A stretch of DNA of 64,000 nucleotides from Eledone cirrhosa (GCA_964016885.1 OZ024755.1:3534001-3598000), one strand, 5' to 3'; counted from the first letter of the stretch, positions 33,178 to 47,490 are shown. Numbers and translations: made by a program. Notes: a model not told the origin generated them from the letters alone.

Positions 33178-35054
33178 AAACAATCTTATCTCTGATCGAG
33201 ACGAAGCAAGAATGTATTTGAATATAAAAGTGAGAAAGCTCAGCGCTAGAACACTCGTTAAAACAGCTAAATGCTGTCAAAGACAGTGATGGGCAAAAGT
33301 GCCTTAGAGGACAAGGACCTGCGCTCTGTGGTCGACAGTTAGACAATCCACAAGGTGGGTAACAGGCAGATGAAACAAATATATACGTATATATATATAT
33401 TGCAATATCTGCAACAGATTAAAAAACTCCGTGTTTATCGTCAGTTGAAACTTAGTACAAGCAGTAGCCGAGAGTTTAACTTTGCGATGGACTGGCGTCC
33501 TGTCCATGGGGATAAGTATTCTACCCACAGTAGCTTAACATCACAGAAATCGGGACAAACCTCAGACAAACCTCAGACTTTATACTTAGATAATAGAGGA
33601 CAGGAGAAATCATTTCAGCACATAGCATATTTCTTGATAACCATTCGATGTCTTTATATTTGGTTATATCATATAAATTATTTGGATCAATTATTTATAC
33701 ATCTCAAACACGCTGGTTGTATTATCTTATATATTACGTACATTATTTTACCGATCACATGTAGTTTATTATAGATACGCCTTCATGTATTATAGTATCT
33801 ACTTCTATAATCCTTGACAGATTTTAAAGAAACAATTAAAGTATTTCATTCTTGTACTTCCTTTGTATTGCTGTTAACAACAAACTATTTGTTGTTTTCT
33901 TTTGCTCAAATATTTGCAGTACAACGTTAATAGATACACTTCTTTGATGGAATAAAATGTATCTTAATTTATTATAACCCATACTACATTTAGCTGATCT
34001 ATACCACCATCATATCTTGTTGGTTTATCTGAAACGAGTTTAGGGGTTAGTTCTTCCTTTCACACTCTTTAATGTTATGGTAAAACAACTTAATGTGTAT
34101 GTTTCTCTCTTTCATTTCTCTCCTATATTTATTAGACCCAATTGATAGCGATCCGAAGATATTGTATAGCTTTATCGATTTTGACATAACTTTCTCTATT
34201 AAAGCTAACTTTGGACATAAACCACCTTCAGAGATGAAAGAAAATGTTGATAATTTGAAAGATAAATATACGCCATGATGTAGGATGCCCCTTGTCGATC
34301 CGGTGGAATATTTATCTACAGTATATTTTCAGAGAAATTATTGACCAGTGTAAATTCCAGTATTTTTGTTTTCTATGACACACACTATCATCCTTTTTTC
34401 CCCTTTTGGCACACGCTACTATAACGACGCGCATGAAATTTAAGAATCTTTCCAAGCGATTTGGTGTCTATTTCTGAGAACTAAATAAAGTGAATTAAAT
34501 ATTAAAGACAGCTGGTACGGGGGAATGATAACTTATTTAACTCTATCAATGCTGCTTCTAACTTCATGTAACCTACAGTTACAAAGATAAGAATTCTGCT
34601 GTCAAGAATGGAATATATTAAGCGACATCCTAAACACACCAGATGCACATTTTTTTACATTTTCACATTTATATTTACACTTTTATGTTTACATATTTAC
34701 AGAAATATTACATCTTAGTAAATAAAAGATGCACACCAAGACTGATAAGTTACAGAATGCCGCTACAGTGCGGTAGAAATAATTAAAGGGAAAATGATGA
34801 CAAATAAAACAGATCAACGTAATGTTTTACCTAGTATATTTCGGAGTTACAACCTTCTTTTCAAATGTAAAAACGAAAACGGTTAAAAATAGACCCCAAA
34901 CCCCCGAATAATCGTTGTATTGAAATATACTAATTAAAACATTACTTTGTTTTGTTTTATTTATTATCCTTTTCCCTATCTATCTATCTATCTATTTATC
35001 TATCTATCTTTGTATTGTCCCCTTTTCTTGTGCGCCCTTGTGGCTAATAAAGAA

Positions 35055-35122
<68 letters not shown>

Positions 35123-36302
35123 CTCTATCTACCTTTTGTTCTTCCTCTCTATTTTTCTCTTCGATGTTTGTTTCTATCACTTTTTCTTCTTTTCATTCTT
35201 TCAATCTTCTATTCTGAAAACCTTTTCATTCTTTCATTCCCTTTCTTTCCTCTTGTTCTCTTTCTTATTCTGTTTGTTCGTTTATTTCTTCCCTCATTCC
35301 TTTATTCCCCCGTCCCACTATTTTTTTAACGATCATCTCTCTATTCATATTGGCCTTCCATCTTCTCTCCAGTTCCTATTCTGGGAATTTCGCCTTTCAT
35401 GGTTCACTGAATTATTCACCGCTCTCTCACTATTTATTCACAGCATCGTCTGCTTCTATCCTCCATGTCTGTTTGTCTGTATGCATGTCCTCCATTGTCC
35501 GTATGCCTGTTATTCACCCCCCCCCCCTTTTCTCCTCCTCCTCCTCCTCCTCCTCCTCCTCCTTTCCTATCTCACTCTCCTCTCTCTCTCTCTCTCCTCC
35601 TCTCCTTCCCTCTCTCTTATCCTCTTTCTCTCTCCTCTTTCTCTCTCCTCTTTCTCTCTCCTCCTCTCCCTTTTTCCTCACCTCTCCCCCTTTCCTCTCT
35701 CACTCTCCTCTCTCTCTCCCCTCTCTTTCCCTCTCTCTTATCCTCTTTCTCTCTCCTCTTTCGCTCTCTTCCTCTCCCTCTCTCCACACCTCTCCCTCTC
35801 TCCACACCTCTCCCCCTTTCCTCTCTCACCAGTTTCCTCCTATCTCTCCCCCTCTTCCCCTCTCTCTCTGTTTTTTTCTATTTTCCTATAGCCTGTGTAT
35901 GTGTATGTGGTAGGGTATGAAGGAGGTGTGTTAGTGTGTTTGTTAGTGTGTTTAAGTAAGTGTCTGTGTAGGTATGTGTAAAAGTGTGGAAGTGTGTGGA
36001 AATATGCGTATTTATATCTTCGCATGTATATATACACTTATACATATACATATATACAGATATAGACATATACACACATAAATATATACACATATACATA
36101 TATATAAACATATACATATATACATATATATACACACACACACACACATATATATATACATACATACACATATATATACACATATGCTTTTATATATAGA
36201 CACATACGCATATATGTATATATACACACATATACATACATATATATACACACATACACATACATATACATATACATATACATGTACATATACATATACA
36301 TT

Positions 36303-36334
<32 letters not shown>

Positions 36335-36589
36335 CATACACACAAACAAGTAGTTTCAGGAATCTCTTCACAAACACCATTTATCTGTTCCACAGTCGCC
36401 ATGTCCGAACGAAGGGGCCTCTACGAAGTCTCAGCAATTGTTAGAAATAGTAGCTATATCTTCTTCAAATCAATCCTTCCTCAGTTAGAAAAGAAGTACG
36501 TGATGAATAATATGTCCCTGGGTTCATAGTACCCAGGAAAAGGACGTGGTTGTCACGGTTGGGATGTCTTTCATCATAGATCACATCCA

Positions 36590-36619
<30 letters not shown>

Positions 36620-36623
<4 letters not shown>

Positions 36624-36842
36624 AAAATATTCAGGACCCCGACGGCAGAGCTCCGGCCGTTTCGGCACCTAGATCCGAACTTAACCAGTAGTATTATACT
36701 GGTTTAGTTCGGATCTAGCTGTCGAAACGGCCCGAGCTCAGCCGTCGGGGTCCTGAATATTTTCCTATTACCCACTCTACTACTCTAAGTATTGAGTACT
36801 CTGGTGCGTTCTGGTCCACCTGGTATCTTACCACACCTTCTT
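36620..36842 (+). mobile_element. Family A fold-back element (ctagatccgaac subfamily)
   Basis: About 65-bp arm palindrome plus 3' body; (TA)n flanks. Confidence 0.9.
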
Positions 36843-36891
36843 TATATATATATATATACACACACACATACACACACATATATATATATAT

Positions 36892-36934
<43 letters not shown>

Positions 36935-36996
36935 TTTCAGAAGATCACGTAGGGTGAAGCAGCGATTCTTTGCTTAAACTTTAATCTGTTATTTTA

Positions 36997-37106
<110 letters not shown>

Positions 37107-37153
37107 GTATATATATATATACACATATATGTATCTATCTATCAATCTCTCTC

Positions 37154-37238
<85 letters not shown>

Positions 37239-37512
37239 CATAGGTATATAAATAGAACATATTTACCCGGATTATATATTCTCATTTGTATCTGTGATCA
37301 CTGGCGCAGTTGGTTAAGCAATAATCTTGAAAAGTTAAAAAGGTGAAGTTCATTGAATGTAAAAAGACCATTTAACGTTTAACAAAAGTCCTTGGTTTAT
37401 TGGGTTTAGTTCTTTGTACTGCTTAGACCACATAGGACGTAAATATGGAGCTTTGTTAAACGGCTCACTATCAACTAGATATTGAATATATATATATATA
37501 TTTATATATATA

Positions 37513-37725
37513 GAGGAACAAGTAAGACCCCGACGGCAGAGCTCAAGCCGTTTCGACGGTTAATTCTGGACTAAATAATCATTATTTAGTCCAAAATTAG
37601 CCGTCGAAACGGCTTGAGCTCTGCCGTCGGGGGTCTTACTTATTCCTATTACCCACTCTACTACCCTAAGTATTGAGTACTTTGGTGCGTTATGGTCCAT
37701 CTGGTTCCTTACCACATTTCCTTCG

Positions 37726-37727
<2 letters not shown>
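37513..37727 (+). mobile_element. Family A fold-back element
   Basis: Arms, apex ggactaaataatcattatttagtcc, and 3' body. Confidence 0.9.
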
Positions 37728-37810
<83 letters not shown>

Positions 37811-37871
37811 CATGTGTGTGTGTGTAAAGATATATATACCTGCGTGTGTGTGTTTGTATGTGTATATATAT

Positions 37872-37926
<55 letters not shown>

Positions 37927-37993
37927 ATATATCTATATATACATATATAAATCTGTGTATGGATATATGAATATAGTTATGTATGTATCTGTG

Positions 37994-38025
<32 letters not shown>

Positions 38026-38312
38026 CATGTATGTGTGAAAAATTGATGGTTTAGTTTCAGTTGCATGCTAGTTAACAAAAACACAACACACCAACAACAT
38101 CAACAACACAACAGCAACAACAACATCACAACACCAACAACAACACCATCATTTCTCATATTTCTAAAAGCTCATTAGCAGATGCTGACAATCACTAAAT
38201 TAATTTTATGATGTATGGTAATCATGGTTCCGGAACGAATGTATCTTTTTAAATAGTCTTTAATTTGGCTTTGATATTCCGATACTCTTTTAATATTCCT
38301 CTCTATATTTTA

Positions 38313-39290
38313 TACCTGGTCACTTTGACCAAATCTCACTTGGACCAAACCTCTCCTAACACCATACAGGTCACTTTGACCAAATCTCACTTGGACCAAA
38401 CCTCTCCTAACACCATACCTGGTCACTTTGACCAAACCTCTCCTAACACCATACAGGTCACTTTGACCAAATCTCACTTGGACCAAACCTCTCCTAACAC
38501 CATACCTGGTCACTTTGACCAAATTTCACTTGGACCAAACCTCTCCTAACACCATACCTGGTCACTTTGACCAAACCTCTCCTAACACCATACAGGTCAC
38601 TTTGACCAATTCTCACTTGGACCAAACCTCTCCTAACACCATACAGGTCACTTTGACCATATCTCACTCGGACAAAACCTCTCCTCACACCGTACCAGTT
38701 CACTTTGACCAAACCTCTATATAACCCTCCTAACACCATACCTGCTCACTTTGACCAAATCTCACTTGGATCAAACCTCTCCTAACATCATATCAAGTCA
38801 CCTTGACCAAACCACACCACTATATACCTCTCCTAACATCATATCAGGTCACCTTGACCAAACCACACGTGGATCAAACCTCTCCTAACACCATACAGGT
38901 CACCTTCACCAAACCACACCACTATATACCTCTCCTAACACCATACAGGCCACCTTCACCAAACCACACCACTATATACCTCTCCTAACACCATACAGGC
39001 CACCTTCACCAAACCACACCACTATATACCTCTCCTAACACCATACAGGCCACCTTCACCAAACCACACCACTATATACCTCTCCTAACACCATACAGGC
39101 CACCTTCACCAAACCACACCACTATATACCTCTCCTAACACCATACAGGCCACCTTCACCAAACCACACCACTATATACCTCTCCTAACATCATATCAGG
39201 TCACCTTCACCAAACCACACCACTATATACCTCTCCTAATACCATACAGGCCACCTTCACCAAACCACACCACTATGTACCTCTCCTAAC
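38313..39290. repeat. Minisatellite, 51/37-bp units grading into 50-bp units
   Basis: ggtcactttgaccaaatctcacttggaccaaacctctcctaacaccatac then ccatacaggccaccttcaccaaaccacaccactatatacctctcctaaca. Confidence 0.92.
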
Positions 39291-39449
39291 TATCAGTTAT
39301 GTAGAATTAGTTGAGAAAACAGTCTCTAATACTATGTGTGTGTATCATATGATCCACATGACAGGTGTAATGTGTCCGAACATAGAAGAGCCGAACTCCC
39401 ACTGTCATCGCCTCCATCTCTCTCGCCCTCCTCATCTCTCTGTATTATT

Positions 39450-39635
39450 ATTGGTAGTATCGGTAGAGGGTCGGACACCATGCTTTGCAGCAAAGAGTTA
39501 TGGCCCTTTATGATCTGAGTTCAAATCCCGCCGAGGTTAACTTTGTATTTCATCCTTACGGGGTCGATAAAATAAAGTACCAGTAATGTACTGGGTAATT
39601 GCTGGCCTTGTGCCAAAAGTAGAAACAATTATTAC
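39450..39635 (+). mobile_element. tRNA-derived SINE (same family)
   Basis: Same motifs. Confidence 0.9.
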
Positions 39636-39691
39636 TATTGATTTAGATGTTGAAGAAAAATATTAAAAAAATTCTAATTTAGTTAGAACAT

Positions 39692-39764
39692 TGGAGAATC
39701 CGGGCATCGATCCCGGTACCTCTCACATGCTAAGCGAGCGCTCTACCATCTGAGCTAATTCCCC
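39692..39764 (-). tRNA. trnA-AGC: tRNA-Ala (AGC), variant with a G-U pair in the anticodon stem
   Basis: Reverse complement is GGGGAATTAGCTCAGATGGTAGAGCGCTCGCTTAGCATGTGAGAGGTACCGGGATCGATGCCCGGATTCTCCA: 73 nt cloverleaf, G3:U70 Ala identity pair, downstream T-run terminator (A-run at 39665-39671 on +). Confidence 0.93.
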
Positions 39765-40130
39765 TGTTGAGACTGAGGACGATAATTATTCTATATATTA
39801 TAACAGACAAACATGATTGTTTTCGCATATGTGTTGTGGCCAGGTGCAATGTGTCCAAACACGGAAGAGCCGAACGAACTCCTACTGTCATCGCCTCCAT
39901 CTCTCTCGCCATTATCAAGCAGAGACGGCATCTAGGTATATAAGTACCCTAGGTTAGCTCTACAATATACACCCACTTCTCCCAATTATGTGCTCTTTTC
40001 TCACAAATAAAATAATTTCAATTTGACGAAGAAGAAAAAGAAGAGGAGGGAGGAGAAGAAGAAGAAGAAGTAGAATAAGTAAAAGCAGAAGAGCATAAAA
40101 AAATAATTCAAAAGTTGGGTGCGTCACGCC

Positions 40131-40203
40131 TGGAGAATCCGGGCATCGATCCCGGTACCTCTCGCATGCTAAGCGAGCGCTCTACCATCTGAGCTAATTC
40201 CCC
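40131..40203 (-). tRNA. trnA-AGC: tRNA-Ala (AGC)
   Basis: Reverse complement is a canonical 73-nt eukaryotic tRNA-Ala(AGC); TTTT and T7 runs downstream. Confidence 0.96.
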
Positions 40204-40343
40204 ACTCACAAACTTCTTGCTCTAAATTACTTATCATGAAGTAAAGTATAACCTGGTTATGTTGTCTGTGCATTTATGGCTGTTTGTTGGTGTGGCTGAC
40301 TGTTATTTTCTACAGGGTTGGGGTGTTAACTTCGCATAAACAC

Positions 40344-40520
<177 letters not shown>

Positions 40521-40551
40521 TACATATATACATATATACATATATACATAT

Positions 40552-40817
<266 letters not shown>

Positions 40818-41502
40818 AAGCGTTTGTGTACACATGAGTGTGTCTGAAGTGAATGTTTGTGCGCGTATGAGTGTGTCTGAAGTGAGGGTTTGTGTGCGCT
40901 GTACGTGTGTATGTCTCTCTCTGTGTATGTGTGTGTGTGGTATAACATATATACATACATACAACAATCACTCTATTATTGGTGAACATTCTATATAAAC
41001 TTCCATTTAATGCTTTTAGCTTATATAATATACTTCGCATAAAAAAGAAGACCTCAGAGAGTTTGCCATAAATTCCCGATGGAGTCGTAAAGGCAGAGTC
41101 CTTCTGTTTTTTTTTAAGGTACTAAGTAATGTAGGGTTTGATTTGAGGGAGATTTGGCTGTTGTGACTAGCAGAATGAGCGACCATATAAGGACCACTCT
41201 TGTTAGATTTGCTTCGGTTTCTGTGATTGGTGTTCAGTGATAGTGACACTAGAACGAGTGGATTGAGTAGAACTAAGGGAAGAAATAAAAGACAGGATCA
41301 GCTTCTATCTCTGGTCCATTCATGGATCAGACGGCCATGTTTATCAACCGCCCCTTACTTTGTTGACCAATTACGTATAAAATAGAAACTGGAAATGGGA
41401 GGAGTTATAAATAGGGTGGTGATATATATTAAATGAAACGTGGTGATGTGTAGTAAGAGTGTAACACTTTTACCTGTCTTGGGGACAAGGGGAAAGGAAA
41501 GG

Positions 41503-41555
<53 letters not shown>

Positions 41556-41648
41556 AGAAAGATAAGTAGAGATTAAGACATAGAGATACATAATTTCGAG
41601 ATAGAAATAATACATTTACACATACATAAGTAGATAGTTACGAAGACT

Positions 41649-41727
<79 letters not shown>

Positions 41728-41737
41728 TATATATAAG

Positions 41738-41916
41738 ATAAGAGTCAGGACCCCGACGGCTGAGCTCCGGCCGTTTCGACAGCTAGATCCGAACGTTCGG
41801 ATCTAGCTGTCGAAACGGCCGGAGCTCAGCCGTCGGGGTCCTGATTCTTTTCCTATTACCCACTCTACTACCCTAAGTATTGAGTACTCTGGTGCGCTAT
41901 GTTCCACCTGGTATCA
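41738..41916 (+). mobile_element. Family A fold-back element, 3'-truncated
   Basis: Near-perfect palindrome centred on ccgaacgttcgg. Confidence 0.88.
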
Positions 41917-42409
41917 GAAAGTCCTATTAAACAAAGACCCATTAAACAAAGTCCAATTAAACAAAGACCCATTAAACAAAGTCTCATTAAACAAAGACCC
42001 ATTAAACAAAGACCCATTAATTAAAATCCAATTAACCTAAGTCCCTTGGTATCGAATCCTTTATTGCGTCTTATTCTTCTCTAATATCTTTCCTCTCTCT
42101 CTTCCCTCTAATTCTCACATTCTTTACCTTCATCTCACAGCTCATCTCTTTTTCTTTCTTATTCTCTAACCCTCTTTCTATCCCTCTCCCTCTCTCTTAT
42201 TCTCTATCCCTCTCCCCCTCTCTCTTATTCTCTCTCTTTCTCTTACACATCACACGAAAATATTAGCAACAAACTAAGCAATCGTTAATCCATTCATCTA
42301 ACCATCTATCGAAAAAACAAACAAACCAACCACCAAACCAGCTGTTTATTCTCACACCTGTTCACCCATCCATCGAATCATCCACCCCCTTCTTTAAGTA
42401 CTACTTCAG

Positions 42410-42780
42410 AAGACAGGTGAGAGTGGAGAGAGAGGTGCTACACCCCAGTAAATTCGCTGAAAGGTGGGTGAATGTAGCGAAAATGGCCCGAGTGAATGGG
42501 CTCTCTCTGTACATAAACCTGTAGGTTGAGGAAGATAAACAGAGGGAAGACGGGAACACCTAGAAAACGTGTTCCTGGTGTTGAGGGTTGTTCTTCCACG
42601 GGGTGTAAAACAACCCTGCAGTAACCTTCCTCCGTATTGGGGATTTCAATTGTTATTTTATTATAGATAGTTTATTGTTATTTATTAATCTTAAAGTTAT
42701 ATGATTTTTATGTAAAACCCCCGCCTTCACGTCTTGTAATGTCCCATTTTTGTACGCCCCTGTGGTAAATAAAGAAAGAT
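42410..42780 (+). mobile_element. L1/Tx1-like LINE 3' end
   Basis: KFAERWVNVAKMARVNGLSLYINL* then a UTR ending gcccctgtggtaaataaagaaa plus (ATCT)n; the same tail recurs at about 29915 (-), 31140, 35015 and 45345. Confidence 0.5.
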
Positions 42781-43646
42781 ATCTATCTATCTATCTATCC
42801 ATCTATCTACTTACCTATATACCTACCTACCAACCCACATATCTATCTATCCACCTACCTACCTACCTACCTACCTACCTACCTACCTACCTACCTACCT
42901 ACCTACCTACCTACCTACCTACCTACCTACCTATCTAACTATCCACCTACCTACCTACCTACCTACCTACCTACCTACCTACCTACCTACCTATCTATGC
43001 ACCTACCTACCTACCTACCAACCTACCTACCTACCTACCTACCTACCTACCTACCTACCTACCCACCCACCTATCTACCTATCCACCCACCCACCTATCT
43101 ACCCACCCACCTACCTACCTGGTCATCCGTCTCTCCGACCAGCCAACCGAATAATACTCATTCTGCGACTCAAAAAAGATTCATTAGAGTTTAATTAGCT
43201 TCATTACAGATTAGGTTGTTGAGATTCCGTTTGTTTGTTCTCACCTGAAGAAACTATTAATATATTAGTCTCACCTGTGCTGCCGACAATATGGTCGCCA
43301 GAGAGCAAAGCAAACCCAGCGGTCAGTCACACAGTAAGTCAACGTCTTCTCTTTAGATGTAAACCAAAAGAAAATTACCGCAAAAAGAACACAAAAAACA
43401 AAATGGAGGTGTCTAAATATGAGATAGATGACCAGCGGGAAAAGGGTGACAGATTGTCGTATAAATCACTCCGGCCACTAATTAGACTGTCAGATTTGAG
43501 CTTGGACAACCACAGATCAAATCATTCATCCACCCTTATTACACACACTCTTTCTCTCTCTCTTTTTCTTGCTTTCTGTCTATTTCCCCCTCTTTCTATC
43601 TTTCTGTCTTTTTTTACGTGTGCATGGGTGTGCGTGTATGTGTACC

Positions 43647-43719
<73 letters not shown>

Positions 43720-43834
43720 ATATATATATTCTTTTATAGACAAATCATTTCGAACATTTAAAAAAAAACTATTCTTAATTTTGATTTATCTATTTCTCTC
43801 TCTCTCTCCTTTTCTTTATTTTTCTATCTCTGTT

Positions 43835-43895
<61 letters not shown>

Positions 43896-43961
43896 CAGGA
43901 AACCGTATATATATATATATATATATATACATTGGCAACATGACCCTCCCAAAGTATATCA

Positions 43962-44024
<63 letters not shown>

Positions 44025-44093
44025 GTTCAAGGAAACAACAGAGGTACAAAAAGTCTTATTAGTTTCACGCTTTATATGGAAAAGGAGAAAGAA

Positions 44094-44130
44094 AGTTCGA
44101 CGTATCGGCTTAAGTCCTTCTTCAGGAGTA
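44094..44130 (-). ncRNA. Degenerate minimal PLE-type hammerhead within a (TA)-flanked element (about 44024-44310)
   Basis: rc: tactc-CTGAAGA-agg acttaag cc-GATA-cg-TC-gaact (GAAA changed to GATA, weak stem I). Confidence 0.55.
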
Positions 44131-44324
44131 CAAAATAGAGACAGGATCACGAAGGAAAGATACAGAAAATAAAAGGTAGTCCATGTAAAGTAAAAAGAAA
44201 AGAAAAATGAAGATAAAGAGATTAAACAAGACAAACCGTTAGATACACATATATATTGACGGACGTGAAAATGAGTACTCAATACCGAAGTAGAGTTAAA
44301 TATACTTTATAATAGCTTAGTAGG

Positions 44325-44520
44325 TGTTGGATTGGATTGGTAGTATCGGTAGAGGGTCGGACGCCAAGCTTGGCAGCATAGTTATGGCCCTTTGCGTTCT
44401 GAGTTCAAATCCGCCGAGGTTAACTTTGCCTTTCATCCTTACGGGGTCGATAAAATAAAGTACCAGTAATGCACTGGGTCTTTTTAATCGACTTTCCTCC
44501 ACCCCTAAATCAGAAACTAT
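44325..44520 (+). mobile_element. tRNA-derived SINE (same family)
   Basis: Same motifs. Confidence 0.88.
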
Positions 44521-44822
44521 TATAGTATGGTCCATTGGTTGAAACGTGACAACGTCCAAATGTTGTGCAATATTTGTTTCGGCTCTTTACATCATTGTGA
44601 GTTCAAACCCAGCTGAGGTCAGCTTCGCTCTTTATCTTTCCAGAGGTCGATAAATAAAGTACCAGTCAAGTACCCTCCCTTTCTCACAGAAATTGCTGAC
44701 CTTGTACCTTCACCTTTAGAAAATAACAGTCAGCCACGCTAACAAACAGCCATAAATACACAGACAACAATATAATCAGATTATACTTCATGATATGTAA
44801 TTTAGAGATAAGATTCGTGGGT

Positions 44823-44895
44823 GGGGAATTAGCTCAGATGGTAGAGCGCTCGCTTAGCATGCGAGAGGTACCGGGATCGATGCCCGGATTCTCCA
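44823..44895 (+). tRNA. trnA-AGC: tRNA-Ala (AGC)
   Basis: GGGGAATTAGCTCAGATGGTAGAGCGCTCGCTTAGCATGCGAGAGGTACCGGGATCGATGCCCGGATTCTCCA followed by T-run Pol III terminators. Confidence 0.96.
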
Positions 44896-45869
44896 GGCGT
44901 AAAGCACTTAACTTTTGAATTATTTTTTTATGTTTCATCTTCTTCCTTTTCTTCTTCTTCTTCTTCTTCTTCTTCTTCTTCTTCTTCTTCTTCTTCTTTC
45001 TTTCTTTCTTTCTTTAACAACAACAACATCTTCATCTTGTTATTATTTTCCATTCCATTCCGTATTTAATTATTCCTCGATACTTTGTTCTTCATAATAA
45101 TATTTAATACAACTTTATAATTTACCAACAAACAATGCCGCCGTCCTGTAGGTTTTCGTTTTGGTTTTGTGTTTGGTTGCTCTGTATAGTTACCGTTTAT
45201 TATTAATTATTTTTTTGTATACTTAATTAATGTTTTTATCAAATCAACTTGTCTATTGTATAAAGTCCTTGCCTCCCCCCCTAGTGTTTTATATAACTTT
45301 GTCTCCCCCCCCCCCATGTATTGTAAACCCTATGTTTTTAATGTCTTTTGTATTGTATCTCTGTGTACAAACCCTTGTAGCTAATAAATATATAATTATA
45401 ATAATAATTATATATACATACATATATATATATATAATTATATATATATACATAATTATATATAAAATTATATATATTATATATATATATGATTATATAT
45501 ATGTATAAATATAATTATATATATATATATATAATTATACATATATATAATTATATATATATATACACAAACACACACATATATATATAAAAACACGTAT
45601 ATACATATTCTCAAAATATTTAAAAAAAGGTCACTTATCTAATTTTTATTCTATTCAGTCAGTTTATTTATCAGCTGATGAATGAAGGTCAAGCGAGGTC
45701 ATACCTCCCCAAAAAGATTTATATATAAAAAAACAAAAAAATAGTTCAATAAACTAATGAGAACAAAGAACTATTAGTTGAAAGTAATGATCTAATATTT
45801 AATTGGAGGATGGCGAGGTGTGTAGGATAATATTTATTGTGGTTTATTCTTTTCATTATTTCTTCTTTT

Positions 45870-46720
45870 GCTGGGGTGGTGGATTGGCAGTATCGGTAGA
45901 GGGTCTGACGCCATGCTGGGGTGGTGGATTGGCAGTATTGGTAGAGGGTCTGACGCCATGCTGGGGCGGTGGTTTGGCAGTATCGGTAGAGGGTCTGACG
46001 CCATGCTGGGGTGGTGGATTGGCAGTATCGGTAGAGGGTCTGACGCCATGCTGGGGCGGTGGATTGGCAGTATCGGTAGAGGGTCTGACGCCATGCTGGG
46101 GCGGTGGATTGGCAGTATCGGTAGAGGGTCTGACGCCATGCTGGGGTGGTGGATTGGCAGTATCGGTAGAGGGTCTGACGCCATGCTGGGGTGGTGGATT
46201 GGCAGTATCGGTAGAGGGTCTGACGCCATGCTGGGGCGGTGGTTTGGCAGTATCGGTAAAGGGTCTGACGCCATGCTGGGGTGGTGGATTGGCAGTATCG
46301 GTAGAGGGTCTGACGCCATGCTGGGGCGGTGGATTGGCAGTATCGGTAGAGGGTCTGACGCCATGCTGGGGCGGTGGATTGGCAGTATCGGTAGAGGGTC
46401 TGACGCCATGCTGGGGTGGTGGATTGGCAGTATCGGTAGAGGGTCTGACGCCATGCTGGGGCGGTGGATTGGCAGTATCGGTAGAGGGTCTGACGCCATG
46501 CTGGGGTGGTGGATTGGCAGTATCGGTAGAGGGTCTGACGCCATGCTGGGGTGGTGGATTGGCAGTATCGGTAGAGGGTCGGACGCCAAGCTTTGCCGAA
46601 GTTAATTTTGCCTTTCATCCTTACGGGGTCGATAAAATAAAGTACCAGTAATGTGGGGTCGATTTAATCGACTTTCCCCTCCCCCAAAATTGCTGGCCTT
46701 GTGCCTATATAAGAAACCAT
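45870..46720 (+). repeat. About 16 x 45-bp tandem amplification of the SINE 5' head, continuing into the SINE body
   Basis: Unit gctggggYggtggattggcagtatcggtagagggtctgacgccat; last unit continues into gcctttcatccttacggggtcgataaaataaagtacc. Confidence 0.93.
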
Positions 46721-46984
46721 TAATTAATTAATTAATTAATTAACTATTATGATTTAATTTAATAAATACTTTGTTGAAACAAATGGAAAGCTATGAAAAC
46801 CTGAATGATGTGAAGGAAAATGAAAAAAAAAGTTGTTTTTCTAGACCTCTGCTTGCACCCCTGAGGATTGAACCCCACACCCCTTGAGAGTGCCGCCACC
46901 CCAGGTTAACAATCCCTGTACTACTCCATTATATCGAACTCATTTCTTATTGTTTTTCGAAGTTTTCAAGTCTGCTGCAAATTC

Positions 46985-47490
46985 TAACCTCCACCACCAC
47001 GCTACCTCCAACCAACTACCTCCAACTAACCTCCACCAACCTACATCACAGCCCACCCCAACGTCCACCACCTCGCTACCTCCAACTAACCTCCACCACC
47101 ACCACTCCGCCAACCTCCATCACCACGCTACCTCCAACCAGCCTCCACCACCACGCTACCTCCAACCAGCCTCCACCACCACGCTACCTCCAACTAACCT
47201 CCACCACCACGTTACCTCCAACCAACCTCCACCACCACGCTACCTCCAACCAGCCTCCACCACCTCGCTACCTCCAACCAGCCTCCACCACCTCGCTACC
47301 TCCAACCAGCCTCCACCACCTCGCTACCTCCAACCAACCTCCACCACCACGCTACCTCCAACCAGCCTCCACCACCACGCTACCTCCAACCAGCCTCCAC
47401 CACCACGCTACCTCCAACCAGCCTCCACCACCACGCTACCTCCAACCAGCCTCCACCACCACGCTACCTCCAACCAGCCTCCACCACCAT
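46985..47490. repeat. 28-bp minisatellite
   Basis: ccagcctccaccaccacgctacctccaa repeated. Confidence 0.9.

Noticed and set aside
45674-45700. CTGATGA motif
   Set aside because: Appears to lie in a decayed reverse SINE core; no stem II/GAAA geometry.
45746-46651. 245-290 aa repeat-protein ORFs in four frames
   Set aside because: Artefact of a 45-bp SINE-head tandem repeat.
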